Positions 58,741 through 64,000 of a DNA stretch of 64,000 nt are shown one piece after another (within the stretch, counting starts at the first letter, position 1; every line of letters begins with the position of its first letter). The notes under the pieces are model-generated. The model worked only from the letters and a program-made list of their open reading frames with translations, was not told the DNA's origin and did no database searches. The stretch covers positions 19,716,001 through 19,780,000 of the forward strand of contig JBHGNT010000007.1 in assembly GCA_043228905.1 (NCBI GenBank). Reading direction: 5' to 3'. A program made the position numbers and the translations under genes. Source of the stretch: Azolla caroliniana. Taxonomy: Eukaryota; Plantae; Polypodiophyta.

Positions 58741-60876
58741 ATGCTTCAAACTACTTCCTTTGCATGTATGTATCCACTTTTAAGCATGGTTAGACCCATC
58801 ACCATCACCATTACAAGTACTCTATATTGGCTTCTATTTCTCCTGTCCTCTCTTGGACTGCCACGAACCTCCGATTCTTGCACGAGAGGAGATGCCGATG
58901 CCCTTCTCCGGTTTATGAATTCTGTGAACATAACATCTCTCAAGAAGGGTTGGGGTTTAAGCAACAGCAATGGGAGCTGTTGTGATTGGGAAGGTGTGAT
59001 TTGTGATGCTGTTTCTGCACAGATTCTGGGCATTTCTCTCTCCAGCAAAGGTCTATATGGGAGTTTATCTCAAGGGTTGGCCAACATTCCATCTCTTCAA
59101 GTTCTCAATGTTTCTAATAATTACTTATATGGGCCTCTCCCACAAGACCTCTCAACACTCTCATCCCTTCACACTCTTGATGTCAGTAGCAACCATTTTT
59201 CAGGCCAGATCTCTGATGTACTAGTGAATTTCAGCTCTTTGCAAGTGCTTAACCTCTCTACCAATTCCTTCAATGGTAGCTTGCCTTCCCCTTCTTTAAG
59301 GAATTTGAGCCTCTTGAGGAAATTCCTAGCAAGCAACAATGATTTAAGTGGAGATTTGCCACTCGTCCTATGCCAAACTGCCCCACTTCTTCAAGAGATG
59401 GATCTATCCTCTAACAATTTCTCAGGAACAATCTCAAAAGGTATTGGACTTTGTGCCTCTCTTCAGGCATTAGATCTTGGTGATAACAACTTGGTGGGTA
59501 ATCTACCCCAAGATCTGTACTACCTAACCTCATTAACAATGCTTCGATTCACACTTAACTCTTTTGATGGCGAACTAGATAATGCTATCGGCAACCTAAT
59601 AAATCTCTCTCATTTGATGTTGGGTTCTAACAACTTCACGGGACAACTTCCCTCAAACCTCTCCTCGTGTACAAACCTAAAGGTATTTGCTGCAAACAGA
59701 AACAAATTCAATGGTTCATTGGATGTTGTTCGATTCAATCAATTCCCGATGCTAGAAAATCTTGATCTCAATAGCAATGCTTTTGTCGGGTCAATCCCAC
59801 CTTCATTAACTGAGTGCGCAGCGCTCAAGAGCATAAACTTTGCAAAAAACAAACTTTCGGGGGAGATCCCATCATCTTTGTATCGATTGAAGAACCTAAC
59901 CACACTCATTCTCTCAAGCAACAACCTTAATGGGAGCATAACATCACTGGATGGGAGTGAACATCTGGTGATTGTGATCTTATCCAAGAATGTGTTCAAC
60001 GAGGCACTACCCGATAGGATGCAAGGGGTAACTAATCTACAAGTGTTCGGCCTCGGAAACATCCGTCTCTTTGGTTCCATTCCAGAGTGGTTGAGGAATT
60101 GCACAAAACTACAAGTGCTTGACCTTTCGTGGAACAACCTAACCGGATCGATCCCCCCATGGATAGGGTCCTTTCCACATCTTTTCTATTTGGACTTATC
60201 TAACAACTCTTTATCCGGAAGCATTCCGCCCGAATTGTTCTCATTGCCTACGTTGATACATCTCGATAACAACCTAACCGGATTGCAAGGGGTGGTTAGC
60301 AACCTCGCCATAAAACAAGAACTTGATGTCCAAGAGCTACAATACACACAAGTTTCAGCTTTTCCACCCTCAATTTACCTCTCCCATAATCACCTCCAAG
60401 GTTCTGTACCTTCACAAATTGGTGCTTTTGGCTTGCTTTTAGACATGGATTTGAGTTTCAACAATTTATCGGGAAACATGCCAGAGATGATAAGCAATAT
60501 GACCGATCTAGAAAGCCTTGATTTATCATACAACTCTCTCACTGGTGGAATACCTTCGTCATTGACAATGCTCAGTTTTCTAACTTATTTCAATGTTTCG
60601 TACAATCAACTCGAGGGTTCAATACCTCTTGGCAACCAATTCTTGACATTTTCTAACAAAAGTTATGAAGGGAACTCTGGTCTATGTGGTGCCCCTTTAT
60701 CCTTTCCTTGTGGGAATGATGATGCCACCAAGTCCAACCCCAATTCCACCTCAAGTAGGGGGGAAATCCCGATTAAGGCCACTGATATTTTCGAACCAAT
60801 TGGTGTGGTCATTGGTTATGTTGCATTGATAGTGGGTTGGTTTACTTGGGATCTCACTAGAAAAAAGATGGGATAA
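58741..60876 (+). CDS. LRR receptor-like protein 3 (PSKR/PSY1R-type ectodomain, no kinase)
   Basis: Same architecture; island LQYTQVSAFPPSIYLSHN; TM IGVVIGYVALIVGW; tail TRKKMG*. Start 58741 or 58786. Confidence 0.9.
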   Translation: MLQTTSFACMYPLLSMVRPITITITSTLYWLLFLLSSLGLPRTSDSCTRGDADALLRFMNSVNITSLKKGWGLSNSNGSCCDWEGVICDAVSAQILGISLSSKGLYGSLSQGLANIPSLQVLNVSNNYLYGPLPQDLSTLSSLHTLDVSSNHFSGQISDVLVNFSSLQVLNLSTNSFNGSLPSPSLRNLSLLRKFLASNNDLSGDLPLVLCQTAPLLQEMDLSSNNFSGTISKGIGLCASLQALDLGDNNLVGNLPQDLYYLTSLTMLRFTLNSFDGELDNAIGNLINLSHLMLGSNNFTGQLPSNLSSCTNLKVFAANRNKFNGSLDVVRFNQFPMLENLDLNSNAFVGSIPPSLTECAALKSINFAKNKLSGEIPSSLYRLKNLTTLILSSNNLNGSITSLDGSEHLVIVILSKNVFNEALPDRMQGVTNLQVFGLGNIRLFGSIPEWLRNCTKLQVLDLSWNNLTGSIPPWIGSFPHLFYLDLSNNSLSGSIPPELFSLPTLIHLDNNLTGLQGVVSNLAIKQELDVQELQYTQVSAFPPSIYLSHNHLQGSVPSQIGAFGLLLDMDLSFNNLSGNMPEMISNMTDLESLDLSYNSLTGGIPSSLTMLSFLTYFNVSYNQLEGSIPLGNQFLTFSNKSYEGNSGLCGAPLSFPCGNDDATKSNPNSTSSRGEIPIKATDIFEPIGVVIGYVALIVGWFTWDLTRKKMG

Positions 60877-63378
60877 GATTCAACCACATAAAATCTCAAA
60901 GTCTAGTTTATATTCAGTAATATAATGGATTTTAAGGGAAAATGTCATCCAATTTTGTAGTTTCTCTTTTCCATGGTCATAAGGACATCCAACGTTGGTT
61001 GCAAACCTTTTATGAGTTCAATGTAACAAACTATGCACGTGTTTTCAATTTCCCTTGGCACAATATAAACCCAAAGGTCTATGCTAATATGGAACACATG
61101 TATCGAGCCAAGAGCCGAGAACCTAATGCCCTACATTCCTCTCTTTTTAATTCCTAGATAAAAAGAAACCGCTCTACATAGAGACGAGTTGAATTCGAAG
61201 AAAGCAATGAAAAACTAGTGGAGCTTATGCCCGTTCACAAAAGATGGGGTTGTCTACCGACCAACAACCATCCCCAAACATTTCACGGTGGTGCTTGCTT
61301 CCATCATCCATGTTTGATCATCTATAAACCTTTGGCCCCCTATATTGTGCATGATCAAGATGATGTTGACATATTGAGGAGTTGTAGTACACGTTCTCAC
61401 GTTTTGAGGACAGAAAGAGAGAGTCATCTAGGTCAATCCACTCGTAGAGTCACCCAAAGTTCATCTGGTGCCTCCCTTTATTCAACAACACACACGCACA
61501 CACAACTCCAATGTTTGCTAAAGCCCAAGCAACACTTCTTATGTTGTTATTCAACTAGATATTGCTCCAACCACTTCCCCATGAAAACCATACCAAGGAG
61601 CATATTGATGATCATGATTCTCTCATTAACTATATCAATATTCCTAACCTAACATTCAATTACAACTATTTCACATCCTCTTGACATATTCTTTGTTTCA
61701 AGAACCCAAAAACCATGATTTGCGACAAGTCTGGACAAGACCTAGGTTTTGACATGAATGGTGGACACATATACTCTTGACAAATCCAGTGTTCCAAGAA
61801 CCCAAACATAATAATTGCAACAAGCCTGGACGAGTCCTAGCTTTTGATATCAACGTTTGGGCTTAAGTTATGGTCTACCTTCCATCGTCATAAGTTACCT
61901 AGAAATTTTGCAAACTTAAATCTTCCTATCAATAGCATGATTCGCTAAGGAGAGTTCCATCAGTATGAATCTCATCTTGATGATGCATTCTAATAGTATA
62001 CTGTTCAAAAATTGAAGGATGAATCTTTAATTTTAAGTAGGAACTAAGATAAAATGGTGAAAAATGATGTGCATCTAGTCCATGTATGTATATTGAGCAT
62101 AGTTCTTCATGAAATCTACTTTGTCTCTATGAATCTAAATATATTGTAAATGTGGATATTTTCAAAGAAAATCGCTCTTTTTCACATTCCTTAGTTTTTA
62201 CAAATCAATGACACTTGTAGCATATTGTTCATTGATTACACAAACACATGGTTATTAGAAACATGAATTTCTTGATTAATTTTCACTTTAGCATAAATGT
62301 CAATGACTTACTCCATTGGCTAGGCCCCATCCTGTAGATTGAATTTGTTGTGTGTACATTAGCATTATGAAAAATCTTATCATAGTTATGTATATCTACA
62401 TAGTAATCTTAAATTAATTTAAAGAGAAAGTATATGTATCATTGTTCACAATAATATTTTGAAAAGAGCTTGGTATTACTAAACAAAAGTCTAAATAAAG
62501 GTGGTCTTGAGTCTCATTTGTGTCGTACACAATCCATGCCAATTGGTTTTTTTATAGTGTTATTTTGAAGATGCATAACGTAAAGGTTTTCAAGTAAGAT
62601 AATGATCACATTCATACTGAAAAAGACAATCCTGAGGTGGGTGAAATATCTATGTCATAAGGGCCATATGTAATGAATATTATATATTTATTGGAGTTGA
62701 CCCAAAGAATAAAAAGCAATTTATCATTAATCATAGTGTCTTTCAATATCTCTCGTGTTCGTTTTTCTTTTGTCTTGTTGCCTTAGTGATATACACCACA
62801 ACATTAATGTCATAAATTTTAGAGAAGCCATGTTTGATCCTTGCCATGGGCTTGGCCCTATCCCATTGATCGCACTTGGTCTCTCGCTAAACTACAAATT
62901 TTATTATCTAGGGAATGGATTAGGCTCATGCCCCCACGCCCCCCAATTGGCAAGTTTATGGGTTATTTTTCTAGTAAACTATGAAACTATAACCCTATAC
63001 AATATTTCGTTGAATCTATTTTTAACAATAATGAGAAGTTATTGAGTTGGGTTACAATTTTATGCTCAACAACCAATTCTTTATAGGGAAAAGTACCAGG
63101 ATACCCTTGGAAGTTCGCCTATTTACCAGAATGCCCCCTAAGTTCCAAAATTACCAAACTACCAATATGTCCAAAAATAACACTTTATAAAGTAATTATA
63201 CACTCAAATCTACAAGCCCTATTTACCATAATACCTTTCAAACACAAATTTCTTTACTTAAGCGATTCTTTGGGTCCTTTGTACCTAACAATGTAGTCTT
63301 TTCTTTCTTTCTTGTTCATTGGGTTGATCAATCGTCTTCATCATTATGATCCATAGAAGGTCAGTTCACACACACACA

Positions 63379-63426
<48 letters not shown>

Positions 63427-64000
63427 ATATATGGTCATTTCTCTATGTTTAGGTTTGCTCTTTCTTCTTTTATTGATCAATCCCCTTTTCCTTCTAATTT
63501 CTCTTTTTCCTGTATCCTCCAAATTTTTCTTTTTCTTTTTCTTCTTCTTCTTCTCTCTGTCTCTCTCTCATTTTGATGGTTGATGTCTCTCATAGAATGG
63601 CTTTGGTGGAGGGAAGGCAATTTGACTTGTAATAATTACATGTTAATTTTGATCCTTCTACAAAAAGTGTAACCCAAAAATATCCACAAAATCAAATATA
63701 TCTATCGACGCAACAAAATATCTAATAATGCACAATCATCACTAAATTGGCTAATGAGCACTGTCGGCCCCTCACATTGGGCTACATGTAAGTTTTCAGG
63801 GAAAAGGTTTGGACACTTGACATCTAACATTGCCAAGTCCCTAAATGCATGGTTGTTAGAGCCTAGAGCTATGTCAATTCTAGGGATGATGGAATTGATA
63901 CGCCAAAAGATAATGTCATGGTTTTATGAAAAGACAGTTAATGGAGAAACTTCTAAAGCATGTATTGGATTAGTTAATGGAGAGATAACACATGATGCAT

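Noticed and set aside
63085-63300. Possible Mutator-like TIR (GGGAAAAGTACC...)
   Set aside because: No partner TIR or TSD was found in the window.
60877-64000. Possible kinase exon completing an LRR-RLK
   Set aside because: No GxGxxG, VAVK, HRD or DFG motifs in any listed ORF, and all RLP copies stop at the same position after the TM.

Overview
Plant nuclear DNA, probably from a non-seed land plant (inferred from an RTEX-type LINE and a tRNA-Trp-primed gypsy element with a 4-bp TSD). Positions 1-27 kb are a stack of nested LTR retrotransposons: at least four Ty1/copia elements, a solo LTR, a pol-less Trp-primed gypsy derivative, a gypsy remnant with a large accessory coiled-coil ORF, and a 962-bp fold-back element. 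Positions 27-64 kb hold a tandem cluster of intronless, kinase-less PSKR/PSY1R-type LRR receptor-like proteins (three intact ORFs, two fragments). The cluster is interleaved with two RTEX-like LINEs (one carrying a full copia), a decayed L1 and several hAT-type MITEs, three of them nested inside one another. The most unusual signals are: (i) antisense tRNA-like A-box/B-box cassettes in the U3 of several gypsy LTRs; (ii) a TSD-flanked palindromic element made of two LTR starts plus a gypsy RT fragment, a candidate hairpin-siRNA locus; (iii) a gag-only gypsy encoding a (KKKHV/TLRR)n basic repeat; (iv) a double PPT and PPT-enclosing hairpin shared by two copia elements; (v) mosaic RLPs with two island-domain types. 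Coordinates were read by eye and may be off by a few bases.
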